Positions 9,951 through 19,410 of a stretch of DNA of 64,000 nucleotides are shown in pieces. Under the pieces are notes generated by a model. It searched no databases, was not told the origin of the DNA, and saw nothing but the letters and a program-made list of their open reading frames with translations. Made by a program: the position numbers and the translations under genes. The stretch's first letter is position 1; every line of letters begins with the position of its first letter. The stretch covers positions 15,082 to 79,081 of the forward strand of contig CALADM010000014.1 in the NCBI GenBank assembly GCA_937890595.1, in the 5' to 3' direction. The DNA comes from an uncultured Clostridiaceae bacterium (GTDB lineage: Bacteria > Bacillota > Clostridia > Lachnospirales > Lachnospiraceae).

Positions 9951-11063
9951 TTGAAGAAAATGAAAAATCCACTTTTCCTTGCAGCAGGTGTTCTGGTTAT
10001 TTTGGGAGCTGCTTATGTTGGCATCTCCCAGATGAATGCCTCTGCAGAGAAAAAAGAAGAAGAGCAGAAAGAATATGTTGTAAAAATGGACGATGTATCA
10101 GAACTTTCTTTCTATAATGGAAAAGATGTGCTGGGATTTGTACGAGTGGGAGAGGAATGGGAATACAAAACCGATCCAGAATTTCCGTTAAACCAGAATA
10201 TATTTTCACGGATTGAGACAGATGCCTCTGATCTGGAACCAGTGCGTATTTTGAAAGATGCAGAGGCGACAGATGTATACGGCTTGGATGAACCCCAATA
10301 CTGGGTTCAGATGACTGGAACAGACGGGACGGTAAAAAAGGTACAGATTGGAGACCAGACGGATACCAATTATTATGCCTGTGTGGAAGGAGAAGAGACA
10401 GTATATACCATTAGTTCCAGTCTTCCATCTGAATTGCAGTATGATCTGTATGATCTGATCCAGTTGGAGAGTATTCAGAGTGTATCAGCCGACCAAATCT
10501 TGTCTGTGACTGTAGAAAAGGCAGATGGAAACGGATATTTCCTGCAAAAGGAGGAAAAAGAGATCGCCAAAGAGGCAGAAAGCTCTGGCGGGACAGATAT
10601 GACGGAAAACTCTGGTGAGGCAGATATGACGGAAAGTTCCAGTGAGGAAGATGTGACAGAAAGTGAGCCAGAAAGCCCAGAAGATACAGAACTTGTTGTA
10701 GAATGGTATATCCAAGATCAGGATAGGAGTGAGGAGAGAAGAAAATTAGAGGCAAGTGGAACTGGAGATGTGGTAACAGATGCGATTTCCTCTCTCTATG
10801 TCTCTTCTTGTGAAAATTATAAGGCAACAGATGAGATGCTTGAAGAGTATGGATTAGGACAGCCAATCCAGATCACCTATACCTATGAGACGGTTTCTGA
10901 GGATGGAAGTACAAAAGAAGAAAGTATGACATTGAAAGTTGGAAATATAGATGAAAACGGGGAGTATTATTTTGTAAATCTTCCAGAATCTATGGCAATC
11001 AATAAGGTCAATGCAGAGAATCTGAAAAAGGTGATTGAAAAAGCACCTGAAAACTTTCAATAA
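9951..11063 (+). CDS. DUF4340-like membrane-anchored protein with an acidic repeat linker
   Basis: The TTG at 9951 lies 8 nt after AAGGAGG (an alternative ATG is at 9960). One N-terminal TM helix. Conserved position downstream of gldG-like genes. Internal SGGTDMTENSGEADMTESSSEEDVTES repeats. Confidence 0.6.
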   Translation: MKKMKNPLFLAAGVLVILGAAYVGISQMNASAEKKEEEQKEYVVKMDDVSELSFYNGKDVLGFVRVGEEWEYKTDPEFPLNQNIFSRIETDASDLEPVRILKDAEATDVYGLDEPQYWVQMTGTDGTVKKVQIGDQTDTNYYACVEGEETVYTISSSLPSELQYDLYDLIQLESIQSVSADQILSVTVEKADGNGYFLQKEEKEIAKEAESSGGTDMTENSGEADMTESSSEEDVTESEPESPEDTELVVEWYIQDQDRSEERRKLEASGTGDVVTDAISSLYVSSCENYKATDEMLEEYGLGQPIQITYTYETVSEDGSTKEESMTLKVGNIDENGEYYFVNLPESMAINKVNAENLKKVIEKAPENFQ

Positions 11064-11119
11064 GAATGAAAAAGCATGAAAAATAAGATATAAAACTTGA
11101 AAAAGAATGCCGAAAAAAC

Positions 11120-11147
11120 TTGCTCTTACCTGAAATATGAGTATAAT
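11120..11147 (+). promoter_or_regulatory. Candidate sigma-A promoter for lysC
   Basis: TTGCTC, 16-nt spacer, TATAAT. Confidence 0.5.
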
Positions 11148-11224
11148 ATAGAACTTATAATGAAAAATTTTAAAATGATATATGCAAAAACAGAAATACC
11201 AAAGTAAAAACGTAAAATCAGGCA

Positions 11225-12559
11225 ATGGAGGAAAAGCAAGTGATTAAGGTTGTGAAATTTGGAGGCAGCTCTTTGGCGAGTGCAGAGCAGTTTGAGAAAG
11301 TAGGAAACATTGTTCATTCTGATGAATCCCGCAGATATGTAGTTCCCTCTGCGCCGGGAAAACGCAATGCGAAGGATACAAAAGTAACAGATATGCTTTA
11401 TTTCTGTTATGATCTGGCTTGCAAAGGCAAGGATTTTTCAGATGGTCTGGCAAAGATCAAAAAGAGATATCAGGAGATTATTGAGGGATTAAAATTAAAT
11501 CTGTCTTTAGATGATCAGTTCGCAGAAATCGAGCAGAATTTCAAGAATAAAGTAGGACGTGATTATGCAGCATCTCGTGGTGAATATCTGAATGGTATTG
11601 TCATGGCACGATATCTGGGTTATCCATTTATTGATGCAGAGGATGTGATCCGTTTCCGTGAAGATGGGAATCTGGATATGCAGGTAACCTTAAAGCTGCT
11701 TCAGGATTGTCTTTATAATAAAGAAAATGCTGTAATACCGGGATTTTATGGAGCAACTGCAGACGGAAAGGTAAAAACATTTTCCAGAGGTGGTTCCGAT
11801 GTTACTGGTTCTCTGGTAGCGGCAGCGGTTGTTGCAGATGTTTATGAAAACTGGACAGATGTTTCCGGAATGATGATCACAGACCCAAGAATCATTGAGG
11901 ATGCTAAGCCGATCAAAACGATCACCTATAGAGAGCTGAGAGAACTTGCTTATATGGGAGCTACTGTTCTTCATGAGGATGCGATCTTCCCAGTGCGTTC
12001 TGCTGGTATTCCGATCAATATCCGCAATACCAATGCACCACAGGAGCCGGGTACGATGATCGTACAGACGACCTGCATGAAACCAGAATATACCATTACC
12101 GGAATTGCGGGTAAAAAGGGATTTGTTGCCATCAATATTGAGAAGGCAATGATGAATGCAGAGATCGGGTTTGGCAGAAAAGTACTTCAGGTATTTGAGG
12201 ATAATAGAATTTCCTTTGAACATATGCCATCTGGAATAGATACTATGACTATCTTGGTACATCAGGACGAATTTGAGCAGAATGAACAGAATGTCATCAC
12301 TGGTATCAATCATGCCGTACATCCGGATCATATTGAACTGGAATCAGATATGGCATTGATCGCAGTAGTAGGAAGAGGAATGCGCTCTACAAGAGGGACA
12401 TCAGGAAGGATCTTCTCTGCACTTGCCCATGCAAGAGTGAATGTAAAGATGATCGATCAAGGATCCAGTGAGTGGAATATTATCATTGGAGTGAAAAATC
12501 AGGATTTTGAGGCTGCTATCAAGGCGATTTATGATATCTTTGTAAGAACTCAGATTTAA
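11225..12559 (+). CDS. lysC: Aspartate kinase
   Basis: N-terminal VVKFGGSSLAS kinase motif and C-terminal ACT-like region. The true start may be the GTG at 11240, 8 nt after GGAGG. Confidence 0.9.
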   Translation: MEEKQVIKVVKFGGSSLASAEQFEKVGNIVHSDESRRYVVPSAPGKRNAKDTKVTDMLYFCYDLACKGKDFSDGLAKIKKRYQEIIEGLKLNLSLDDQFAEIEQNFKNKVGRDYAASRGEYLNGIVMARYLGYPFIDAEDVIRFREDGNLDMQVTLKLLQDCLYNKENAVIPGFYGATADGKVKTFSRGGSDVTGSLVAAAVVADVYENWTDVSGMMITDPRIIEDAKPIKTITYRELRELAYMGATVLHEDAIFPVRSAGIPINIRNTNAPQEPGTMIVQTTCMKPEYTITGIAGKKGFVAINIEKAMMNAEIGFGRKVLQVFEDNRISFEHMPSGIDTMTILVHQDEFEQNEQNVITGINHAVHPDHIELESDMALIAVVGRGMRSTRGTSGRIFSALAHARVNVKMIDQGSSEWNIIIGVKNQDFEAAIKAIYDIFVRTQI

Positions 12560-12703
12560 CAAGCTGTGAGCAAGAAATTGCTCACTTCTATAAGTGGGGA
12601 TAGTTCACTATACTATGAACATAAAATCCTGTGATTTTTTCTATTAGTACATAATTCTGGTAGAAATTAGATAAATAAAGATATAAATAAAGATAGATAG
12701 GAT

Positions 12704-12759
12704 AAGACTGTACACCTCTAGTTTGTACCAATAGACAGACTGACTGTACAGTCTTTTTT
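12704..12759 (+). terminator. Terminator-like hairpin downstream of lysC
   Basis: AAGACTGTACA ... TGTACAGTCTT stem (11 bp, long loop) followed by TTTTT. A smaller GTGAGCAA/TTGCTCAC hairpin lies at 12566-12585. Confidence 0.6.
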
Positions 12760-12896
12760 AAATGGATTGTTCCTGTTTCATTCCTTTTGTGTCAGGCAGA
12801 AAAGAAAATAGAAAGAGTTTACTCAGGGTATTGAGAAATGCACAATACTTTTGCTATACTATTTGTAAATGGAAAATGCAGGAAGGGAAAACACGG

Positions 12897-13634
12897 ATGG
12901 AATTTCAGGAACAGAGAGATAACATAGAAATCATGAAACAATGGATTCAAGAAAGCAAGAAGATCGTGTTTTTTGGCGGAGCAGGGGTATCTACAGAAAG
13001 CCATATACCAGATTTTCGCAGTGTAGATGGAATTTATATGCAAGAATATGATTATCGACCAGAGACGATCCTAAGTCATACTTTCTATAAAAAAAATCCA
13101 GAAGAATTTTACCGTTTTTACCGAAATAAAATGTTATTTCCAAATGCAGAGCCGAACAAAGCACATATGGCGTTGGCGAAACTGGAACAGGAAGGGAAGC
13201 TGACGGCTGTGATCACACAGAATATTGATGGATTGCACCAGAAAGCGGGAAGTAAGAGGGTCTTGGAACTCCATGGTTCTGTACACCGCAATTATTGTGA
13301 AAAATGTGGTAAGTTTTATAGTTTGGATGACATCTTACATACAGAAGGAGTTCCTCTTTGTTCTTGTGGTGGAGTGATCAAACCGGATGTGGTTCTGTAT
13401 GAGGAAGGGCTGGATTCTGATATCCTCCGCCAGTCTGTACAGGCGGTTGAACAGGCTGATATGATGATCGTGGGAGGAACTTCCCTGATCGTATATCCGG
13501 CTGCCGGACTTCTTGATTATTACCATGGCAGAAAGCTGGTACTGATCAATCAGGGAGGTACAGGAAGAGATCATCAGGCGAATTTGATCATCCATAAACC
13601 AATAGGGGAAACTTTGGCATATTTGCTGGATTAG
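12897..13634 (+). CDS. cobB: NAD-dependent protein deacylase, Sir2 family
   Basis: GAGVSTESHIPDFRS Rossmann/NAD motif, QNIDGLH, and Zn ribbon CEKCG...CSCGG. The ATG at 12897 is preferred over the listed 12762 because the extension lacks homology-like sequence. Confidence 0.85.
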   Translation: MEFQEQRDNIEIMKQWIQESKKIVFFGGAGVSTESHIPDFRSVDGIYMQEYDYRPETILSHTFYKKNPEEFYRFYRNKMLFPNAEPNKAHMALAKLEQEGKLTAVITQNIDGLHQKAGSKRVLELHGSVHRNYCEKCGKFYSLDDILHTEGVPLCSCGGVIKPDVVLYEEGLDSDILRQSVQAVEQADMMIVGGTSLIVYPAAGLLDYYHGRKLVLINQGGTGRDHQANLIIHKPIGETLAYLLD

Positions 13635-13739
13635 AAGATGTATAGTATATATAATAGGTAATAAAACAGCAATAACGAACCATAAATGATCATACAAAAA
13701 CAACAAAAAGCAAGAAAAAGACTGGAGGAAAGACAGAAG

Positions 13740-14753
13740 ATGGGAAACTATCAGGCAAGAGAGAACAGATATGACACAATGCAGTATAAGCGCTGTGGAA
13801 GAAGTGGTGTTTTGCTTCCAAGGATCGCATTGGGGCTTTGGCAGAATTTTGGCTTGGAAAAGCCATATGAAGATCAGAAGGAGATCCTGCTTCATGCATT
13901 TGACAAGGGAATCACACATTTTGATCTGGCCAATAATTATGGACATCCGGCAAGAGGACTGGCGGAAGAGCATTTTGGACAAGTCTTAAAAGAGGATCTT
14001 GGCGTTTATAGAGATGAGCTGATTATCTCAACAAAGGCGGGATATGATATGTGGAAGGGACCATATGGAAACTTCGGTTCGAGAAAATATCTCATGGCAA
14101 GTCTGGATCAGAGCCTCAAGAGAATGGGGCTGGATTATGTGGATATTTTTTATCACCACAGACCAGATCCGGATACTCCTATTGAAGAGACGATGGAGGC
14201 GCTGAGTGACATGGTGCGTCAGGGAAAGGCTTTATATGTAGGAATTTCCAATTATCAGGATGCAGAGGCAAGAGATGCGATCCGTATTTTAAAAGAGAAT
14301 AAGACCCCATGTCTGATCCATCAGCCACGTTACAATATGTTTGAGAGATGGGTAGAAAAAGGATTGCTTAAAACCTTGGACAGAGAAGGTGTGGGATGCA
14401 TCTGCTATAGCCCATTGGCACAGGGGGCATTGACAAACAAGTATCTGAATGGAGTGCCGGAAGGTTCTAGGGCAGCAAGGGAAAATACCAGCATTGGTGG
14501 AAGATACTTGAGTGAAGAGAATCTGAATGTGATCCGTCAGTTGAACGATGTTGCAGCAGGAAGAGGACAGAGTCTGGCACAGATGGCGCTGGCATGGGTA
14601 TTAAGAAGAAAAGAAGTCACGACTGTCCTTGTTGGGGCAAGTAGTGTGAAACAGTTGGATGATAATATTCAGGCATTGGATCATCTGGAATTCACAGAGG
14701 CTGAACTTGCCGAGATCGAACGTATTTTGAGCCAGCAGAGTGAGATCATCTAA
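13740..14753 (+). CDS. gpr: Aldo/keto reductase, L-glyceraldehyde-3-phosphate reductase (YghZ/Gpr)-like
   Basis: Near-colinear resemblance to E. coli YghZ as I remember it (ENRYDTMQYKRCGRSGV, ITHFDLANNYG, DELIISTKAGY, GSRKYL, LDYVDIFYHHRPDP, GKALYVGISNY). Confidence 0.85.
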   Translation: MGNYQARENRYDTMQYKRCGRSGVLLPRIALGLWQNFGLEKPYEDQKEILLHAFDKGITHFDLANNYGHPARGLAEEHFGQVLKEDLGVYRDELIISTKAGYDMWKGPYGNFGSRKYLMASLDQSLKRMGLDYVDIFYHHRPDPDTPIEETMEALSDMVRQGKALYVGISNYQDAEARDAIRILKENKTPCLIHQPRYNMFERWVEKGLLKTLDREGVGCICYSPLAQGALTNKYLNGVPEGSRAARENTSIGGRYLSEENLNVIRQLNDVAAGRGQSLAQMALAWVLRRKEVTTVLVGASSVKQLDDNIQALDHLEFTEAELAEIERILSQQSEII

Positions 14754-14872
14754 TAATACATAGAAAAGTTGTGACTGGAATGCTTTATGAATAAAAATAC
14801 TAAAAAATGATAAAAAGCAGAATGCAAAACATAAGGGGAGAAGATAGGGGAGAAAAAGAAAGGAATGCGAAG

Positions 14873-15070
14873 ATGGACGAAAAACAAAAGTATGAAGTCG
14901 GAGATATTGTAAGACTGAAAAAACCTCATCCATGTGGAAGTGTGGAATGGGAGATCCTAAGGGTTGGGGCAGATTTTCGTTTGAAGTGTACAGGGTGTGG
15001 ACATCAGATCATGATTGACAGAAAAACGGTTGAAAAAAATACGAAGGGCTTGAGAAAACCTGAAAAATAG
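14873..15070 (+). CDS. DUF951 family small protein
   Basis: KYEVGDIV.LKKPHPCG...W.I.R.GADF.LKC..CGH pattern. Conserved position just upstream of rpsF in Firmicutes. Confidence 0.7.
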   Translation: MDEKQKYEVGDIVRLKKPHPCGSVEWEILRVGADFRLKCTGCGHQIMIDRKTVEKNTKGLRKPEK

Positions 15071-15103
15071 AAGAAAAATAACTCATAAAATGATAAAAAC
15101 TGC

Positions 15104-15132
15104 TTGATTTACCTAGAAGAATATGTTATAGT
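15104..15132 (+). promoter_or_regulatory. Candidate sigma-A promoter of the rpsF-ssb-rpsR operon
   Basis: TTGATT, 17-nt spacer ending in TGT (extended -10), TATAGT. Confidence 0.55.
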
Positions 15133-15157
15133 GAATCCCTGTGATATAAAATAATTT

Positions 15158-15181
15158 CCTTGCTCTTCTACAAGAGGAAGG
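15158..15181 (+). promoter_or_regulatory. rpsF leader hairpin (possible S6:S18 autoregulatory element)
   Basis: CCTTGCTCTT / AAGAGGAAGG stem with a 1x1 internal loop, just upstream of the rpsF SD. Assignment is by position and analogy only. Confidence 0.35.
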
Positions 15182-15207
15182 GCCAGAGACCGTAAGGAGG
15201 TACTAGC

Positions 15208-15495
15208 ATGAATAAGTATGAGTTAGCCGTAGTTCTCAGCGCAAAACTTGAGGATGAAGAAAGAGCTGCTGCAATCGAGAAAGTACAGGGTTACATTACT
15301 CGTTTTGGCGGCACAGTGACAAATGTAGATGAATGGGGTAAGAAGAAATTAGCTTACGAGATTCAGAAAATGAAAGAAGCATTTTATTACTTTATCCAGT
15401 TCGAGTCTGATAGCGTATGCCCGAATGAAGTTGAAGCACACGTTCGCATTATGGAACCAGTTATCAGATATTTAGTTGTTAAGCAGGAAGCTTAA
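15208..15495 (+). CDS. rpsF: 30S ribosomal protein S6
   Basis: MNKYELAVVLSAKLEDEE... typical S6. Strong SD AAGGAGG. Confidence 0.95.
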   Translation: MNKYELAVVLSAKLEDEERAAAIEKVQGYITRFGGTVTNVDEWGKKKLAYEIQKMKEAFYYFIQFESDSVCPNEVEAHVRIMEPVIRYLVVKQEA

Positions 15496-15520
15496 AGAAC
15501 AGAGAAAGAGTGATTCGTAG

Positions 15521-16006
15521 ATGAATAAAGTTATCTTAATGGGAAGACTGACCAGAGATCCGGATATCCGGTATTCTCAGGGAGAGCGTTCCATGGCAAT
15601 TGCAAGATATACACTTGCAGTAGACCGCAGAGGACGCAGACAGCAGGACGGAAACGACCAGCAGCAGACAGCAGATTTTATCAACTGTGTTGCTTTTGAC
15701 AGAGCGGCAGAGTTCGCAGAGAAATATTTCCGTCAGGGAATGAGAGTTCTTGTTTCTGGCAGAATCCAGACTGGTAGCTATACGAATAAAGATGGTCAGA
15801 AGGTATACACAACTGATGTGATTATCGAAGACCAGGAATTTGCCGACAGCAAAGGTGCAGCAGCACCGGCGGGAGATATGATGGGGCATGGCTATGGATA
15901 TGGATATCAGCAGCCGGCATCCAGACCGACACCGCAGAGCGCGATTGGCGATGGATTTATGAATATTCCGGATGGAGTCGAGGACGAAGGACTTCCATTC
16001 AACTGA
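15521..16006 (+). CDS. ssb: Single-stranded DNA-binding protein
   Basis: MNKVILMGRLTRDPDIRY OB-fold N-terminus, Gly/Tyr-rich linker, and acidic tail DEGLPF. Confidence 0.95.
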   Translation: MNKVILMGRLTRDPDIRYSQGERSMAIARYTLAVDRRGRRQQDGNDQQQTADFINCVAFDRAAEFAEKYFRQGMRVLVSGRIQTGSYTNKDGQKVYTTDVIIEDQEFADSKGAAAPAGDMMGHGYGYGYQQPASRPTPQSAIGDGFMNIPDGVEDEGLPFN

Positions 16007-16059
16007 TAACAGACAAACCGGTTCGATACCGGGTGATATTTTAACAGGAGGTAACCATC

Positions 16060-16329
16060 ATGGCATTTGCTAAAGGAAATGATAAAGCAGACGCTTCTAA
16101 AGTAAGAAGAGGCGGTATGCGCAGAAGAAAAAAAGTTTGTGTATTCTGTGGCGAGAAGAACGGCGTTATTGATTACAAGGACGTAAACAAGTTAAAAAGA
16201 TATGTATCTGAGAGAGGTAAAATCCTTCCTAGAAGAATTACCGGTAACTGTGCAAAGCACCAGAGAGCTTTGACTGTTGCAATCAAGAGAGCACGTCATA
16301 TCGCTCTGATGCCATATACATGTGAATAA
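16060..16329 (+). CDS. rpsR: 30S ribosomal protein S18
   Basis: [10 protein letters not shown]...[26 protein letters not shown]...KHQR motifs. Confidence 0.95.
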   Translation: MAFAKGNDKADASKVRRGGMRRRKKVCVFCGEKNGVIDYKDVNKLKRYVSERGKILPRRITGNCAKHQRALTVAIKRARHIALMPYTCE

Positions 16330-16415
16330 GATATAGTAAAATCAAGGGTTTTCGGGCTTTTGAGAAATATTTTACTCATTTTTTTACTCACAAAAAACGT
16401 ATAAAAAATTTGAAG

Positions 16416-16450
16416 AGACTCTGTACCAGAGATGGTATGGGGTCTTTTTT
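16416..16450 (+). terminator. Rho-independent terminator after rpsR
   Basis: 13-bp stem AGACTCTGTACCA / TGGTATGGGGTCT (three G-U pairs) followed by TTTTTT. Confidence 0.8.
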
Positions 16451-16660
16451 GTGTTGGTTTGGGTTTATGGGTTTGTTTAAAAATGCAATATTTTACAGTA
16501 AGATAGAGTGCTGGTATAGAGGATAACATAGAAGATAATTATGTGTTCATTGGATCATCAAGATAACAGTTGGATAATTTTGAATCTTTGTAGATTTGCA
16601 TATATTAGAAAAAATATACGGAAAAAAGTATTTTTTCCAAAAAATATGCAAAAAAAGAGC

Positions 16661-16688
16661 TTGCATTTTAGAAAAAAAAGGATATAAT
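16661..16688 (+). promoter_or_regulatory. Candidate sigma-A promoter of the amino-acid ABC operon
   Basis: TTGCAT, 16-nt spacer, TATAAT. Inverted repeats lie just upstream (GGAAAAAAGTATTTTTTCC; TTGCATAT...ATATGCAA). Confidence 0.55.
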
Positions 16689-16763
16689 GTACAGTGTGAT
16701 TTACAAGAAAATGTATAAAAATTCAAATTAGAAGAATAAAAACAGAGTAAGGAGTAGAAGATT

Positions 16764-17630
16764 ATGAAAAATATGAAAAAATTTGCAGCTCTTGGACTTG
16801 CTGCAATGATGGCAATGTCTTTTACAGGATGCGGAAGTTCTGATAAAGAAACAACTGCAGCAACGACTGCGGCTACTACAGCAGCAGATACAAAAGCAGA
16901 TGCAGAGACAACTACAGCTGCTTCCAAAGCAGAAGAGTCTAAAACAGAGGCAACAGAGGCAGCAGGCGGTGTTCTGAAAATGGCAACCAATGCTGAGTTT
17001 GATCCATGGGAGTATCATGAAGGCGGAGAAATCGTTGGTATTGATATCGAGATGGCACAGGCGATCGCTGATAAAATGGGGATGGAACTCCAGATCGAGG
17101 ATATGGCATTCGATGCGATCATTCCTTCTATCACAACAGGAAAAGCAGATATTGGTATGGCAGCGATCACAGAGAACGAAGAGAGAAAGTTATCTGTAGA
17201 TTTTAGTGATAATTATGCAGAGTCTTCTCTGGTCATTCTGGTACAGGGTGCAAAAGAGGAGATCACTTCTGCTGACACACTGACAGGAAAGAAAATCGGT
17301 GTACAGCTTGGAACAACAGGCGACCTTACAGCAACAGAGATCGTGGGAGAGGAAGGCATGGAGCGTTACACAACCTACTTTGAGGCTGTACAGGCTTTGA
17401 AACAGGGCAAGATTGATGCCATTGTAATTGATAAAGCACCAGCAAAAGTATTTCTGAGCCAGAATGATGACATCAAGCAGGTTGGCGAGGAACTGAGTAA
17501 AGAGGAATATGCGATCGCAGTTGCAAAGGGCAATACAGAACTGACTGAGAAGTTAAATAAGGCAATTGCAGAGTTGCAGGAAGACGGAACATTTGATACA
17601 ATTATGAATAAGTACATTCCAGCAGAATAA
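16764..17630 (+). CDS. Polar amino-acid ABC transporter substrate-binding lipoprotein
   Basis: Lipobox SFTGC, T/A-rich linker, and a family-3 SBP core (ATNAEFDPWEY, GIDIEMAQAIA). Confidence 0.9.
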   Translation: MKNMKKFAALGLAAMMAMSFTGCGSSDKETTAATTAATTAADTKADAETTTAASKAEESKTEATEAAGGVLKMATNAEFDPWEYHEGGEIVGIDIEMAQAIADKMGMELQIEDMAFDAIIPSITTGKADIGMAAITENEERKLSVDFSDNYAESSLVILVQGAKEEITSADTLTGKKIGVQLGTTGDLTATEIVGEEGMERYTTYFEAVQALKQGKIDAIVIDKAPAKVFLSQNDDIKQVGEELSKEEYAIAVAKGNTELTEKLNKAIAELQEDGTFDTIMNKYIPAE

Positions 17631-17700
17631 GAGAGTTCCGTTAGCATAGCATTAGCTGGACAATAAAACAGGATAGACAGACAAGTACGCAGATTGATCG

Positions 17701-17738
17701 AGCTCCAACAAGATAAAGTTGGGGCTTCCTCTGTTTTC
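17701..17738 (+). other. Intra-operon hairpin (possible attenuating terminator)
   Basis: AGCTCCAAC / GTTGGGGCT stem followed by TCCTCTGTTTTC, between the SBP and permease genes. Confidence 0.4.
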
Positions 17739-17779
17739 AGGTGAAAAGGAGAACAGCCGAAAAAGAAAAGGAAGATAGC

Positions 17780-18481
17780 ATGGATTTATCACAATATTTA
17801 ACAAAAGAACAATTTTATTTGAATTTTATATCAGATGACAGATATAAATTTTTTATCAATGGTTTAAAAGTGACACTTACTGTAACGCTTTTTTCTGTTT
17901 TAATAGGAATCGTGATCGGGTTTTTAGTGGGAACGATCCGCTCCACATATGATAAAACCGGAAAAATGCGTATTTTAGATATGATCTGTAAGGCATATCT
18001 TTCTATTATCCGAGGAACGCCGGTTCTGGTACAGTTGATGATCATGTATTTTATTGTTTTCAGCAGTCCGGATGCCAACAAAATGGTGACAGCGGTTCTT
18101 GCTTTTGCCATCAACTCTGGTGCGTATGTAGCTGAGATCTTTAGAAGTGGGATCATGTCAGTGGATAATGGACAGTTTGAGGCAGGAAGAAGTTTGGGAT
18201 TTAACTATGTACAGACCATCTGGTATATTGTGCTGCCTCAGGCATTCAAAAATGCCCTGCCGGCACTTTGTAATGAATTTATTGCTCTTTTAAAAGAGAC
18301 TTCTGTAGTCAGCTTTATCGCATTGCAGGATTTGACCCGTGCAGGCGATCTGGTAAAAAGCCGTACCTATAATCCGGTGCTGCCTCTGATCACAGTAGCG
18401 TTGATTTATTGGGTTGTTGTAACAATCCTTACAAAACTGGTCAGCATTCTGGAAAGGAGTTTGCGCAAGAATGAACGATAA
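17780..18481 (+). CDS. Amino-acid ABC transporter permease (His/Glu/Gln/Arg/opine family)
   Basis: Polytopic protein with an EAA-like loop ([23 protein letters not shown]). ATG at 17780 after AAGGAAG; the listed GTG at 17741 is possible. Confidence 0.88.
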   Translation: MDLSQYLTKEQFYLNFISDDRYKFFINGLKVTLTVTLFSVLIGIVIGFLVGTIRSTYDKTGKMRILDMICKAYLSIIRGTPVLVQLMIMYFIVFSSPDANKMVTAVLAFAINSGAYVAEIFRSGIMSVDNGQFEAGRSLGFNYVQTIWYIVLPQAFKNALPALCNEFIALLKETSVVSFIALQDLTRAGDLVKSRTYNPVLPLITVALIYWVVVTILTKLVSILERSLRKNER

Positions 18482-19238
18482 GATGAATGCAATCGAGAAC
18501 CGTACAGAGCCTTTGATCCATGTGGAAAATCTGTCGAAATCCTTTAAGGGAAGTCAGCATGTTCTGAAAAATATCAATGTAGATATTTATAAAGGGGATA
18601 TTGTATTTGTAGTAGGTCCTTCCGGATCTGGAAAATCTACATTTCTTAGGTGTTTGAACCGTCTGGAAGAGCCTACGGGAGGACACATCTTGTTTGAGGG
18701 GACGGATATCACAAACCCTAAAACCAATATTGATAAGCTGCGTCAGAAGATGGGAATGGTGTTCCAGCAGTTTAATTTATTTCCACATATGACGATCATG
18801 AAAAACCTTACCATTGCACCAGTAAAATTGCAGGGACGTTCCCAGCAGGAGGCAGAACAGACTGCGATGGAGCTTTTGAAGAGAGTCGGACTGGCAGACA
18901 GAGCGGATGCATATCCGAACCAGCTGTCCGGTGGTCAGAAACAGAGAATTGCGATCGTTAGGGCTCTTGCAATGAAACCAGATGTCATGTTGTTTGATGA
19001 ACCGACATCTGCTCTGGATCCAGAGATGGTAGGAGAGGTTCTCAATGTTATGAGAGAACTTGCAAACGAGAGAATGACGATGGTGGTTGTAACACATGAG
19101 ATGAGCTTTGCGAGGGAGGTTGCCACAAGAGTGATGTTCCTTGATGGAGGAGATTTTGTAGAGGAAAACAATCCGCAGGAATTTTTCACCAATCCACAAT
19201 CAGACCGCTTAAAGAACTTCTTATCCAAAGTCTTATAA
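18471..19238 (+). CDS. Amino-acid ABC transporter ATP-binding protein (GlnQ-like)
   Basis: Walker [18 protein letters not shown], Walker [12 protein letters not shown]. Overlaps the permease stop. Confidence 0.92.
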   Translation: MNDKMNAIENRTEPLIHVENLSKSFKGSQHVLKNINVDIYKGDIVFVVGPSGSGKSTFLRCLNRLEEPTGGHILFEGTDITNPKTNIDKLRQKMGMVFQQFNLFPHMTIMKNLTIAPVKLQGRSQQEAEQTAMELLKRVGLADRADAYPNQLSGGQKQRIAIVRALAMKPDVMLFDEPTSALDPEMVGEVLNVMRELANERMTMVVVTHEMSFAREVATRVMFLDGGDFVEENNPQEFFTNPQSDRLKNFLSKVL

Positions 19239-19276
19239 TCATTGTCAATGTAAGTTAGAATAATGTAAGTTAGAAT

Positions 19277-19320
19277 GAGGAGATTTTCCCTGAACATAGG
19301 AAAAATCCCCTCATTTTTTA
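19277..19320 (+). terminator. Rho-independent terminator after the ABC operon
   Basis: GAGGAGATTTTCC / GGAAAAATCCCCTC imperfect stem followed by ATTTTTTA. Confidence 0.7.
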
Positions 19321-19410
19321 TCGCCGCTTTACAGATGTCATTATGTTATGTCATTTTATCTTGTTTTGCCTTGTATTATCTTATGTTGTTTTGTTTCATC
19401 TCATTTTATC

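Noticed and set aside
11064-11224. Expected lysine riboswitch or T-box upstream of lysC
   Set aside because: The 160-nt spacer is AT-rich and contains only a promoter-like TTGCTC-16-TATAAT. I could not find L-box helices or a T-box specifier and antiterminator pattern.
16547-17018. Minus-strand ORFs of 147 and 96 aa overlapping the amino-acid SBP gene start
   Set aside because: These are shadow ORFs read from the complement of the Ala/Thr-rich linker of the lipoprotein. They have no independent signals.
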